Notes: generated from the letters alone by a model not told the origin. DNA of 62,559 nt, filler included, from Basidiobolus ranarum (GCA_040143965.1; 23 parts of 23 records of this genome joined end to end with filler, not necessarily neighbours in it); one strand, 5' to 3'; shown: positions 25,386-37,735, counted from the first letter of the whole stretch. Translations and numbers: made by a program.

Positions 25386-27288
25386 AGTACGTAGTGTACC
25401 AAACTTCCCTCTGCCGACCTTGGCTTTCCCCTCAAAGCCAGTCAGCAATTCAAAGCCTCTTCAGTAGCAGTATGTTGCTATCACAAATAGAACCATAGCA
25501 TTAGATTCAGTATAATCTCGCAAACCTCTGTACTATATATAATATTGTATATTAATACTACTATTAAAGGCTTGGATAGACCACGTTCAGCTTATCCTCA
25601 TCTAACGCTTCATTGATTTCTCTCTAAACGAATGTTTTCCAATTTGTCAACGCAACAATAGAATAAAACTTGAAGTGACCTTGGGAAGCACTGGATTCTC
25701 TTTAGTTAAAGGCTCATTTCTTTATCAGCAAAGCTCGCAATAGAGAATTTGCGATATCCTTGACGCAACACTCTCCAAAAGCATACAGGTGGAAGAATAT
25801 TCCATAAATAGCCGAGCCTGCTAATAATCACTTGACGCTTGAAAGTATAAGAAACAGTTGCCAAATTTGGTGATTACAGTCCACAGCCAGAATAAAAAGC
25901 CTCCCATCGTCACCACAGACACATGTTGACCATCTATGTAGGCCTGATGATACCAATCTTGAAGATTCAACAAATAAAGGAGCAGTTATATTTAATTTAG
26001 ACTATTGCTCATGCTAGCCTAAAAACCGACCGAATTAAATGAGCAGAATCGATTTGCTCTTTACTTGGACATCCCTTATCCCGTATATATCGTTCTTTCA
26101 AACCATCTGATCTAAAGTGAGCGAATTTTCCGATGTCCAAATCAATGATCCGTATCGTGCCTTGGATGGTAGCTAATCCATCGATACAGGGAATCAGGGC
26201 TGCAAGAAAAGGCCCAAGATGTATTCCCCCGGTTGTATGGCGATGCTATGGATTATTGGAGAGTGCAGATGATGTGAGGGGACCTTTGTGGAAAACACAC
26301 TGAGACACCCCTATCTATATTTGATCACACGTAAGCGGAGTTCCTTTAAACATTGTTCCGATGGCCTCCTGGAAAGTGGTGCATCGTTAAAAAGGTTTGA
26401 GTTGTTTATGGCAGTTCATTACATCAAAGTCTTAGTGTATAGATTGTCAATAACCATAGTTGTATTTAAGAACATTGACGCCTACTTTAGACACACGGTT
26501 GCCCCTTAGATACTTCGTGAGCAGTAGGGAGTGTATCTAGTGCTCATCCCTTGAATTGCGACAAGCACCCACCTCGAGATCGTAATCTCTACCTGATTCC
26601 ATGGAGACAATACTAGCCGTCTTCAACCAAATCGCAGCTCAAGACCTAACTGATGCAGCGGGCAATTGGTCTTTTTTACTCGTCACTTAGCTCAATAGAT
26701 ATCTGATTGAAGGTGAAACAGCCCCACTGCATGTTGTACAAGTTTGAAATGGGCTATTCAATATTCCCGTTTCACAATCCCAACAGAGTTGTCAGTTGTA
26801 CCTTGTAACAAACGAACAGCGTACAATGGAGTTTGCTGAGTGCTCATTCGAGAATTAGGAATCTGGTTTAAGAGCTACATATTGCTCTTCAGATGGTTCC
26901 AAAACCGAAACCAGATTCCGGGGTTCTCCTGATTGGGTCTCAGGCCTTTGCCCCGCACTCTAACTACCCTTACTGGATCGTGTCCTAACAGAGAAGATTC
27001 TGGGCCAATATTGGCTTCAGATGCCCAGCATCCGCAAATAAATCAACTCAATCGCCCTCAGCGACAGAAGGGGTTACACCAATTACTGAGTGGAACATGG
27101 ATCTCACAGACTCGTAGATTGCTGCAGACTCTTTGAATGTGTTAATAAGCGACTTTTATTATTAATGTATCATAGTCAAATCCCACCCNNNNNNNNNNNN
27201 NNNNNNNNNNNNNNNNNNNNNNNNNNNNNNNNTTAATTAATTAANNNNNNNNNNNNNNNNNNNNNNNNNNNNNNNNNNNNNNNNNNNN

Positions 27289-27417
27289 ACGGTCAAAATG
27301 AGAAAGTTTATCTAGTAAATGAAAGTCTTGGAGTAAGATAGGTCCATTGGGTCCAGCGGTGATAGAAGTTTGATTATTTTCAACGGGGTTACCGTTAGTG
27401 GTGGTGAGGTTGGCCAT
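27289..27417 (-). CDS. Catalase N-terminus (3' truncated)
   Basis: [43 protein letters not shown]; absent from the supplied ORF track. Confidence 0.92.
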
Positions 27418-28036
27418 GATGATGCTAAGGTCAGGTTAGTGAAGAGAGCTGTCAAGATAGGTGGGAGTTTGTTGAGTCTATATACTCCTCTGTGAAAATA
27501 ACTTTGACGCAATCACCAGAGAATTACTGCCTGTCCCACCTAACGGCTTTGTGTACTTTGAAGCTTATTTCCTAATATGTGGGTATGTCTTGCAGAGTGT
27601 ATATACCTGTAATCTTTTCTATTGGTTTCGAATGAACAAATCAGTAGAATCTTAATCACGGGAGAAAGTAATATTTGTTGGTAATTCTTTATGAATTTGG
27701 AGAGTGATATTAGTAAGGCCAAATAATTTTACTGGCCCATGTGACTGATTGTGGTTACCATTGTTTAACATGTCTATTTGTTTATAGTGGAGCTCCAACT
27801 ATGCTGATCCATGATTCTAAGATAATATATTCTAGAATCAGATGACACGATATTACCCATCATCTGGCAGAACTTATGTGAGAAGAGGATATACCTAAGT
27901 AAATTTCATGAGGAAACCTAGACCCATTCAGACGGCTAAATGACTATTTTGGGTGGCGTCTATGGAAAAATAAGCATGAATTGAGTGAAAGGGTTTTTTT
28001 AGTTAATACTACCACAAGTTCAACTCTGAATCACTT

Positions 28037-29587
28037 ATGACAGTTCATAAACCAAGAGTTGTTTCTTTGCTCCCTTCAGCTACCGAAATTCTTGGCTCTT
28101 TACCAGGTATTATTCGATATACAAGTGAAACCTTTCACCTTATAAAATAATAATTCGGGAAATAAATTTGGTTATTTAGGTGGGGTAGAACTTTTGGTTG
28201 GAAGAAGTCACGAAGGTAAATAAAGCATATACTTTCGAATACACCTATTCTAACTGTTTGTATCTTAGATGATTATCCAGAGTTAGTATATACATTAAGA
28301 ATGTTCAACTAAAAACGTTGATTTTATATTAACAAATATTAGAACCATTATGGATAGGCCTTGTTTAACTAAACAAAAGACCAAATTTACTGTAAGTTCA
28401 GTTCAATATCTTAGTTACTTTGGAAACCGAGGACTATCTTAAACAGTGACCCTTTTAGAATCCCGCCGATGTGGATCGTCAAGTATCAGAGGCACTTGCT
28501 TTGGGTCAAAGTTTGTATACTTTGGAAGTAGATCTGTTAAAAAAGCTTCAACCAGAAGTGATCTTAGCACAGGTTAATAGAAAACACTTTGCTTTGTTAT
28601 TCGACTATGAATTCTTATACCCTTCCTCATCCCAAATAGTCGCTTTGTAAGGTCTGTGCTATTGACATGGTTTCAGTAGAAAGAGTAGCAGCATCAATGG
28701 AAGTCAGTCCATTTATTTTGGATTTGAACCCACATAGCTTGGGTGATATGTTGGATAATATCACAAGTGTTGGTAATGCGGTTAGATTAGAAGAAGAAGC
28801 CAAGATATTTCGAGAACAATTAGAAAGTAGAATTGAGAAGATTTCGAAGATCGTACAACAAACAAATCCCTTGGTTAAGCCGAAATGCTTGTTGATTGAA
28901 TGGACAGATCCAGTAAGTCCAATTTCAGCTGGCACTTCAATATGAAATATTAACATAGGGGTTTTAGATTTATATCGGCGGTCACTGGTAATTTAAATCA
29001 GATTATAGGTCCAAAATAAGTTATTAATAGTTTTGTCGTTCAAAGGATACCACAGATCATAGAGTTAGGTGAGTAACAAATATCTTTACTAGCCCAACCC
29101 TAGTCCATTATGTTCAGTAACTCATATCTCTTTCTTTCGCTCAATTATTGCAGCTGGAGGACTTCATCCATTAAATCCATGCATCAAAACGAACGAGAAA
29201 GGGGAAGCATTTGCGAGATATGGCAAACGATTTACTCCGGAGTCAATTGTAGAAGCCCAAGCCGATATCATCATAATCGCGCCATGTGGATTGGACTTGA
29301 AGGAGACCGAAATTCAAACCAAATTGATCTCTGAGAACCCTTGGTGGAGGGAAGCCACCAAAAATACAAAAAAAATCTACTTAGTTGATGGATCTCAGGT
29401 ACTCTTTTATCCCACAACACTTCGCCAAAAGTATTCTATATAATCCAACTTATGCCTATTCTCTTGGTAGATGTTTAATCGCCCCGGTCCAAGACTTGTG
29501 GACGCACTGGAATTTTGCGCGGGGGTTATCTTGGATCAACCAAATTTGATTCCTGAAGGATTTCCTTGTAAAGAATGGAAATTCTAG
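28037..29587 (+). CDS. BtuF/TroA-like (cobalamin/iron-chelate) substrate-binding protein, ~319 aa, 10 exons
   Basis: Exons 28037-28106, 28180-28215, 28269-28281, 28343-28391, 28459-28572, 28640-28912, 28968-28987, 29046-29068, 29154-29398 and 29471-29587, all with GT-AG introns, sum to 960 nt in frame. Motifs RVVSLLPSATEI, VGRSHE, QSLCKVCAI, IEWTDP..GGHWIP, IAPCGLD and FNRPGPRLVD. Confidence 0.88.
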
Positions 29588-29773
29588 AGATACAAATTTC
29601 ATCAAAATCATCTAAACTTTAAACGTCACCACCGCTAGATTAATGTTGATCAATCTCTTCTGCTAGCTCGTTCAAGTCTCACCCCTTGTTAATCAATATA
29701 TATATAAACATATATATAATCAATGTTCTATATTCTTTATTGTGCGTCAATAAATAATCCATAAATGCAAAAT

Positions 29774-29912
29774 CTAGGCCTTTGACGAAGCTGCCTTAAG
29801 ACCTGCTTCAATACGACGACCATATTCCTTATCTGCTCGCTTGAAGTGTCCAACTTGACGTGCTTGAATCTCCTTCTTGGCATTCTTCAAGTGTCCAACA
29901 ATATTCGACACA
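29774..29912 (-). CDS. Catalase C-terminus (5' truncated)
   Basis: VSNIVGHLKNAKKEIQARQVGHFKRADKEYGRRIEAGLKAASSKA*, a typical small-subunit catalase C-terminal helix region. Confidence 0.85.
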
Positions 29913-30012
29913 NNNNNNNNNNNNNNNNNNNNNNNNNNNNNNNNNNNNNNNNNNNNTTAATTAATTAANNNNNNNNNNNNNNNNNNNNNNNNNNNNNNNN
30001 NNNNNNNNNNNN

Positions 30013-30410
30013 AAATTTGATAACTAGACAATACAGAGAGTGCAAGCTTGGGGCTCATAACCTGTTGAAGTATTTGGGAGCCTGTTGGAAGTGGTTTGGA
30101 GAATTAGAGGAATTGGTGGTTTTCACTTAATGATTTGTTGAGTAGAAAGTTGACATTTATAGTTTTGTCAAGATATAAACAAACTAACATGTAGAATATG
30201 TCAAGGAAGGTCCCAGGAACATGTGTGCAAAGTTTGGGGCTTCTAGCACAAGTTTGAATAATATATATATCTGAGAACTTCTAAATTGGTAAAAATATTC
30301 CAAGTAAATTCCAATTGAGAATAATTGCTAATATCTTAGTGAATTATAAGATAACTAAGTACTAAGCTATATATGACTATATAGGTGTTTAGGCAATGCT
30401 AATTTCAACA
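30013..30410 (-). mobile_element. Copia 5' LTR (30063-30410, 348 bp) with PBS (30051-30062)
   Basis: TGTTGAA...TTCAACA termini; GGTTATGAGCCC immediately follows on the minus strand. Confidence 0.92.
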
Positions 30411-31137
30411 ATATTTAGTGGACTGAGAGAGATACTCAACAAATGATCAATCATGGGAGCCAGAAACAAATCATTCCAACTCTAAGGAACTTTTTCAGGA
30501 GTTTCATAAATCCTACCCAGAAAAACCTGGCCCTATGATATCTGGAAGCCATCACTAAAGGAGGGATACTGTCATGATTCTGATCTTGACATGCTTATCC
30601 ACTGTAAATGGAACTCTGCTATTATTAGATTATGACATCTCATCTGCTATGCCATCCTTTGTCAGCAATCTTGTGCTAGTTCATCCAGGTAACCTTATAT
30701 GGAAGTTATGTTCTTTGTAATGTTCCATGAAATCTAACAAATCATGTCTTCCCACATATAGTATATTTCTGCCAATACCTTCCATGGAAGGTCACCTGAT
30801 TATCCTTACATCATCCCTCTTTGTATTGGTCTTTGTAGTCCCCAACACCCCAACACTTGAACTTGCCACAGTATATTCCCTGTTCAGTATTTTAGGTTTC
30901 ACCCTGCAATATCTATAAAAGCCCCCTGTTCTCCTTGATTAGACCTTAGTCTGATCATTGCAGTTATTAATAAATACCTAAGTCTGATCAATTCCAGTGA
31001 TCAATAAAAATTCTTGCCTATGTATCTTCCGTGTCTAGTCTTGTCTTTTCTTGCCTTACGGTCTACACCCAAGTACCCTTCTGCATTCTAGCCTCTTGTC
31101 TCTGTTTCCAGTTCCTGTCCAGTTCCTTATTGTGACA
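30411..31137 (+). mobile_element. Chromovirus 3' end: chromodomain, PPT and LTR (30570-31137)
   Basis: YLVD*ERYSTNDQSWEPETN..FQEFHKSYPEKPGP; AAAGGAGGGATAC; TGTCA...TGACA termini. Confidence 0.88.
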
Positions 31138-31142
31138 GAGAG

Positions 31143-31488
31143 TGTTGAAGTCAGCATTGCCTACACATCTATATAGTCATATATAGCTTAGAACTTAGTC
31201 ATCTTATATTTCACTAAGATATTACCCATTATTCTCATTAGAATTTGCTTAGAATGTTTTTACCAACTTAGAAGTTCTTAGATATATATTTTTTTCAAAC
31301 TTGTGTTAGAAACACCAAATTTTGCATATATGTTCCCGGGACCTTCCCTAACACATTCTATATATTAGTATGTCATATCTTGACAAAACTATAAAGGTCA
31401 TTTTTCAACTCAATAAATCAATAAGGGAAAACCATCAATTTCTCTGATTATCCAAACCCCTTCTAACAGTCTCCCAAATACTTTAACA
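31143..31488 (+). mobile_element. Copia LTR, full length
   Basis: TGTTGAA...TTTAACA; same family as 30063-30410. Confidence 0.9.
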
Positions 31489-31489
31489 G

Positions 31490-32040
31490 ATATATGGTAA
31501 GTCCTACAATGGGACACTGCTATCTGATAGGAGCAAGTTCTCATGGAATTAAATTAGTAAGCAATACAACATTTCACTCATTTTGGAAGGATATGCTGAT
31601 ATGTACTGGGCTAACAATACAGAAGACCATAAGTCAAGAACCAGATATGTGTTTAAGCTAGCTGGTGGACCAATAGGCTAGACTCATAAGAAACAACAAA
31701 CTATGGTATTGTCAACTACAGAAGCAGAATATTTGGCAGCTCTATGGCTGCTCAAGAAGCTATATGGCTAAGGAGTCTTCTCATGGAATTAGGATATGGA
31801 AAAGTTAATCCTACCACAATATATCAAGATAATATTTGTTGTATTTAGATCACCAAACATCCTGAGTTTCACTCATGGCTGAAATATATTGACTTCAAAC
31901 ATCCTTTTATATGAGAGAAAGTTTAAGACAAAGAAGTGAACTTTATTTATTGTAATAATGAAAATGTGCTGGCAGATATACTAACAAAAGCACTGAAAAC
32001 TTCAGCTTTTTCAACATGACTTTCAAAGTTTTATAATTAG
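31490..32040 (+). mobile_element. Copia RNase H relic
   Basis: LEGYADMYWA..KSRTRYVFKLAGGPI..KKQQTMVLSTTEAEYLA..ENVLADILTKAL with stops and frameshifts. Confidence 0.85.
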
Positions 32041-32110
32041 TTCAAAGTAATTTTCAGAAGAAGGAAAATTTCTAGCAACTTAAGATAAAGACATTACCAA
32101 GATCACAATT

Positions 32111-32450
32111 GCAGGGCTCATAACCTTTTGTTTTACTGTGAGAGCTTGTTGGAAATGTGTTGGAGAACTTGAAGAAGTGGTGATTTCACTTGAGGTTTTA
32201 TTTATTGGCAGGTTAATATTTTTGTTTAGCCAAAGATGATAGGAGACCATATACAATGTGATGAGAAAGGTCTCAGAAGCATGTGTGTAGAGTTTGGTGC
32301 CTCCAGAACAAGTCTGACAAATCTGTATATTTGGGCACTTCTATGTTAGTAACTGTATTCCAAGTAAGTTCTGATTGATAATGGTGAGTAATATCTTAGT
32401 TCAAGATGGAGTAACCAAACACTAAGCTATATATGACTATATAGATATTT
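32111..32450 (-). mobile_element. Diverged copia LTR with PBS GGTTATGAGCCCTGC (32111-32125)
   Basis: Recognisable but older copy of the LTR family. Confidence 0.7.
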
Positions 32451-32527
32451 TGTCTCTGTGTTGGATCTTTATTAAGCATCATAGTTAACTTTAGTTATGA
32501 TACATATTTCAGAATCAGAAAGTAACA

Positions 32528-32635
32528 CCCTAACAGAAATTTGAGGATTGTTATCGTAGGAAAACCGTCACAATTTTAATCCATTTGGGATTGACCGTTT
32601 ACTTACCGTCATAAAATCGTCAAGTTAGATTTGAT
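32528..32635 (+). mobile_element. Putative CMC transposon terminus (5'-CCCTAACAG); other copies at 38182-38321, 40646-40804 and ~41470-41608
   Basis: Four copies share the same sharp boundary; CCCTA fits the CMCWR terminal consensus of the CMC superfamily. Confidence 0.7.
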
Positions 32636-32735
32636 NNNNNNNNNNNNNNNNNNNNNNNNNNNNNNNNNNNNNNNNNNNNTTAATTAATTAANNNNNNNNN
32701 NNNNNNNNNNNNNNNNNNNNNNNNNNNNNNNNNNN

Positions 32736-35358
32736 TAATACTGCATATCTCCATCTATCTCACCAAGAAGTCTGTCTTGCAGCTTTCCTAAAAATACCAT
32801 CAGATTATCACACAAGCAAATTAGTCCAATTATAAAGGTACTTACTTTGTGTCCATGGATTGGGCTTTGTTGCTCTTATTCTATTCAAACAATGCAAAAA
32901 TCCATGAGCACATTGAAAAAAGCCCTTTGTTGGAAGGTTAATATAGTCTGTAGTCTCCTTAACCCATTCCATTACATCAATCACTGATTTTGCTGATACA
33001 TTGTTAATCAGATTAGCATATGGTAATACTGACAATTTCACACAGAGCATCATTTCACCATAGGTGCACTCCATTGGGAACTAACAACATCAATATGTTT
33101 TACATGCAAACCAAGGGTGGAACTATTGCTAAACATTGGAGATTGGAATAGCACTGATGCTTGGCAAAGAGCTGACTCTTTTTACCATTTGCAATGAGAA
33201 TAAGCTCTTGGATTTTGGCAAATTTCTATAAAGAATTCAGCCAACATATCCTCAACTTGCAGTCAAGATATTTCTAGCCACAAGTAGATATATCATTACC
33301 TAGATAGATTACTCCATGGCTAAAACAATAACAATGCATATTTTGATCTATCTCACTAAGAAGTCTCTCTTGATGCTTTTCTAGAAATACCATCAGATCA
33401 TGACACAAACCAATTAGTCTAAATTATATAGGTACTTACTCTATGTCCATGCATTGGGTTTTGTTACTGTTATTGTACTCAAACAATGCAAAAACTCATG
33501 AGAACATTGAAAAGAGCCCTTCATTGGAAGCTTAAACCAGTCTGAGTCATCATAAATCATTTCATTACATCCATCACTAATGTTGCTGATACATTGCTAA
33601 TCAGATTAGCATGTAGTGATACTGACAATTTCTTGTGGAACATCATTTCACTGCAAGTGCACTCCATTGGCAACTCCCAAAATGTATAGCAAGGGCCTAT
33701 ATTCTCAAAGCATTGTGAAAAATGCAGAAGGGAATGTATTAAATGCCAGCATAGATTCAGTCTATCTTCTTTGAACCAGTGATCATGTCTTTCATATTCA
33801 AATACAGAATCTTTGCCCAGTATCTGTGTCTACCGGAGATCTACCAGTGTGAGTTGATGCCATGAGAAAGTATTAACAATATTTACAAACAACTCTCAAT
33901 GTTGCCAGTATTTATCAGGCAGATAACCTTTCAAGATTCCGGTGGAATACAAACAAATCCAATACTTCCAGACTTTGTATTTGAAAAACACCTAGATGAG
34001 AGGATACTGATGGGAGTGCTGGTAAAATATGATGGAATCTTGATGTTTTCAAGCATATTCCCAATTGATTCAAACTTTGATCCTATCTCAAATGGCTCAT
34101 TCAGATTCAATTTCCACTATACAGCGGCATAAGTAGTATTAGTATGTTATTAAATAGTAAGTGCACAGTACCTAATGGGAAGCTCCAGCTCCAGCTGATC
34201 CCCTTTAGCAATACAATCTTATGCTTACAGCTAATCCCAAGTTTGATGTTACACTGACTATTTGGTGAATTGTTATCAGTGAGCATGTTGCACTCTGAGT
34301 GTGCTCTTGACAGTAAGATGAAGGAGCTAAGTGTTGTAGCTGAATAGTAGTAATGTTTATTCCTGATAGAGTAAACTCCATTAAATTGACAAAACCTAGA
34401 GTAAAATAATGCATTGGGCATATGGTAACCTCCAAGTTTACTGATGGCAAGAGTGTCACCAATACACACAATTATAATAGATTGAAAAGCTATTCACCTT
34501 CTGAACCCCATTAGACAACCACTCAAATACTGCAGTCAAAGGCTCCAAGAAGCTATCTATAAGCACTGGTGTTTTAAGCCCAGATATTATAGATAGTGTC
34601 ACTATATTATGACTCTTTTACCATTCAGAATAAGGGAGAATCAAGTTAATTAAAATAATGGCCAGCAAGCCTTTCCAATGGTATACTTCTTTAGTGAGGA
34701 ATCATCCAGAGCATATGCAAATGTGTGATTGTATGTGCTCTGAAAGAAACCTTGCCTTTCAGATTCTGGTGGTGATATTGATCAAGTATTTTGGTAATAC
34801 CATCAGCTTTACAGTAAGTGCTTTGGTAAGGATCAATAAACTATATTTAGGTGATTGCATTCGAACTATAAGACAGGGTATCAATGGTATGTATGCTAAA
34901 TATGAGCAATATTTACCTGATTCCATGATTGCCTATTGTATGCAAACAGTGCATGACTTCAGGTTTTTCAGATCTGTGGTGAAAGCAAATACAACCACTA
35001 GGACATGAATGTAGTTCAATTACCAAATAATTATAAGTCACATAATTGACAAGTGTTTTCCTCTTATACCAGGTCTGTGGCAAGCAACAGTTGCCAATCA
35101 ACTGTGGTTAAAGTGTAAGAAAACAATAAACATCCGGATGCTAAGATATAATTGAACTCTCCAATACTCAATTATCCAAGCTGCTTCCTTTACCATAAGT
35201 GCAATGAGTGGACTAATGCTTGTGCATAACAAAACCATTGTCTTCTTATTCATCTTCAGATACACTAACATCAGTACTGGAATTACCCAGGTCAACATCT
35301 AGCAGCATTTCCTCAACATTGTCTGTTCTTACTGGTTTGACCAAAGTTGCATTTCTAC
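32736..35358 (-). mobile_element. CMC/EnSpm transposase relic
   Basis: IGDTLAISKLGGYH.PNA..SRFCQFNG, GTVHLLFNNI and FPMEC motifs; reverse complement of the 5467-6800 type sequence. Confidence 0.8.
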
Positions 35359-35458
35359 NNNNNNNNNNNNNNNNNNNNNNNNNNNNNNNNNNNNNNNNNN
35401 NNTTAATTAATTAANNNNNNNNNNNNNNNNNNNNNNNNNNNNNNNNNNNNNNNNNNNN

Positions 35459-35689
35459 TTTGTAGTACGATGGCAAGGTCCAAGTTGAGGAAATCACAGG
35501 CTGGTTCAGCAGATCATATATATTATAGCATGCGCCCTGTGCTGCAATCTCCAAATTTTGATTATAGCCGGAGTAATCACGCTTGGAAAAGACAGTCAAG
35601 TAGTCACCAGGTGCCTCCACTTTTTTCCCACTACAAGTATGTACAAGGAGCATGCATACCACAGCAACGTAGAATTGAATAGCTGGCAT
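35459..35689 (-). CDS. Small secreted protein, possibly beta/gamma-crystallin-like (3' truncated)
   Basis: Signal peptide MPAIQFYVAVVCMLLVHTCSG; TVFSKRDYSG..GACYNI..ISS resembles the F/YxxxxYxG Greek-key motif. Confidence 0.6.
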
Positions 35690-35994
35690 TTGTAGTAGAA
35701 ATTGTTGTAGAAAATATGTCTGAGTAAAGAGCTTCTCATTTTGCTCTTTATAAGCAATTATTCTTATTTACCAAGATATTTACCTTAGTATGAGAATATA
35801 TACTATTCTCATTAGAAATGAGTATCCGATATTGATATTTTATTGATTGATAAAGCGGTTTGCACAGTTGTATATACGATTGATGCTTCCTAAGTGAAGT
35901 TTGAATGCAAATTCGTGAAGTTAGACAGTCCTTAGTTCAATAGATACATCTCTGAATATGGCCATTGGGCTATAGATATTTGTTAATGAGCTTA

Positions 35995-36160
35995 CTGAAT
36001 AACTTAATTTAATAACCGCTTAATAACTTTACTTAATAAGCTCTTAATCTCTTAATAACAACTTAATAACTTTACTTAATAACCGTTTAACAACCGTGTT
36101 TAATAAACGCTCAATAACCTTACTTAATAAGCACTTAATAACTCTATTTAATAACCACTT
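35995..36160. repeat. Degenerate array of TTAATAA(C) motifs at 11-13-nt spacing
   Basis: More than ten copies of (C/T)TTAATAA(C/G) with variable short spacers. Confidence 0.8.
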
Positions 36161-37147
36161 TTTCAATTTTGCTCTCTAGCAACAAGATCATCGCGCTTGT
36201 CCACCTTCTTGTCTAGGGGTGAGAGTTTCTTCTATGGAACAGCCTTCAAAGTAGATAGGAAATCATCACCACACTCTGGATCATTTTCGTACATTTCTCA
36301 CTTTCACTGGATTGCTTATGCATTCAATTTCAAGTGATTTTGGCTCTTTTCGATTGAGCCCTCTTTGCTGGAATATTGTCCCCTTCCAGGTGCAGTCACA
36401 TGCTGGTTTTCAGGTAGTTCTTCAGGTGTAGCCATGGGCTAATCTGTAAATGATTCATCTGGTGTTAGCTCTCTTCCGACCAAATTCTTATCCTCTTTAC
36501 TAGAATACTGTTTCCAGTAGTAGCCAATCACCAACATGAAGCAAATACAGAGATGACTGGTTGAATGTTATAATTGAATGGTATGGCTAAGTGTTGTGCA
36601 GCAAAGGGTACTTTTGTGTTAGTTACATGCAAAAGCTATGTGATGAGCTAGCTAAACAAGTTAGCTAAATGGTCTAGAAATGTAGAATTATTGTTAGCCA
36701 CTCTTATAGCTAATCATTACAATCTCTACATCACATGCAATTTTCTTCCTTGCTACTCATTAAGGGTTAGAGTTAGTTCAAACCTTATCCTTGCTTACTA
36801 GATGTTTTATTGATTGATAATCAAAAGTTTGCCAGTATCAATCAACCCCAATATTCAAAGCAAATTGTGATAAATCCCCCTAACACTTGGGGGATAGAAA
36901 GCACCAGGTGGTGTGGATTTTATTCAGCCTATATACTGATTTAAACAAAGTGACAATCAAGACAATACTCCTCTAAGAGATTGAGACAAAACTGGATCAT
37001 ATCCATGCTTAACTTGGTGACCAATGTAATCCAGTTCTGTGGCTGTAAATATAGTGTTAAGGGGCACAGATGGTAAGCAGAAAGGAAGATACTCAATACA
37101 AACCAAATGAGCCATAGGACAAAAACCTGAAATAATGAGAATTAAAC

Positions 37148-37735
37148 TGTTGAAATCAGCATTGCCTATACACTTATATAGTCATGTATAGCTTAGTACT
37201 TAGTTGTTGTATATTCTACTAAAATATTATCCATTATACTCAATTGGAATTTACTTAGAGTATTTTTATAAACTCAGAAGTTCTCATATAAAAAGATTTT
37301 TTAAACTTGTGCTAGAAGCCCCTGACTTTGCACACATGTTCCTGGGACCATTCTTGAAGCATTCTACATGTTAGGTTATTTAGATCTTGACAACACTATA
37401 AATGTCAACTTTCTCCTCAATAAATCAACAAGTGAAACCACCAATTTCTCCAATTCTCCAAACCACTTCCAACAGGCTCCCAAATACTTTAACAGGCTAT
37501 GAACCCCAAGCTTGCACTCTCTGTAAGTACTACTTCTCAAATTTATTAAACTTTTCCCTCTTCTGAAAAATTGGATGCAACCAATTATCAAGTTTGTAAA
37601 ACCAAAATGAAAATGCTGCTGCAAGAAAAAGGACTTTGGGACACTGTTGCAGGAAAAGAAATCAATGTAAAACTATCCAGAACCAAAGTTTACTCCAGAT
37701 CAAAAAAGAACAAAGTGCCTTATTGCAATACCACA
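37148..37735 (+). mobile_element. Copia 5' end: LTR (37148-37494), degenerate PBS and gag start
   Basis: GGCTATGAACCCC after the LTR; EKLDATNYQVCKTKMKMLLQEKGLWDTV. Confidence 0.9.
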
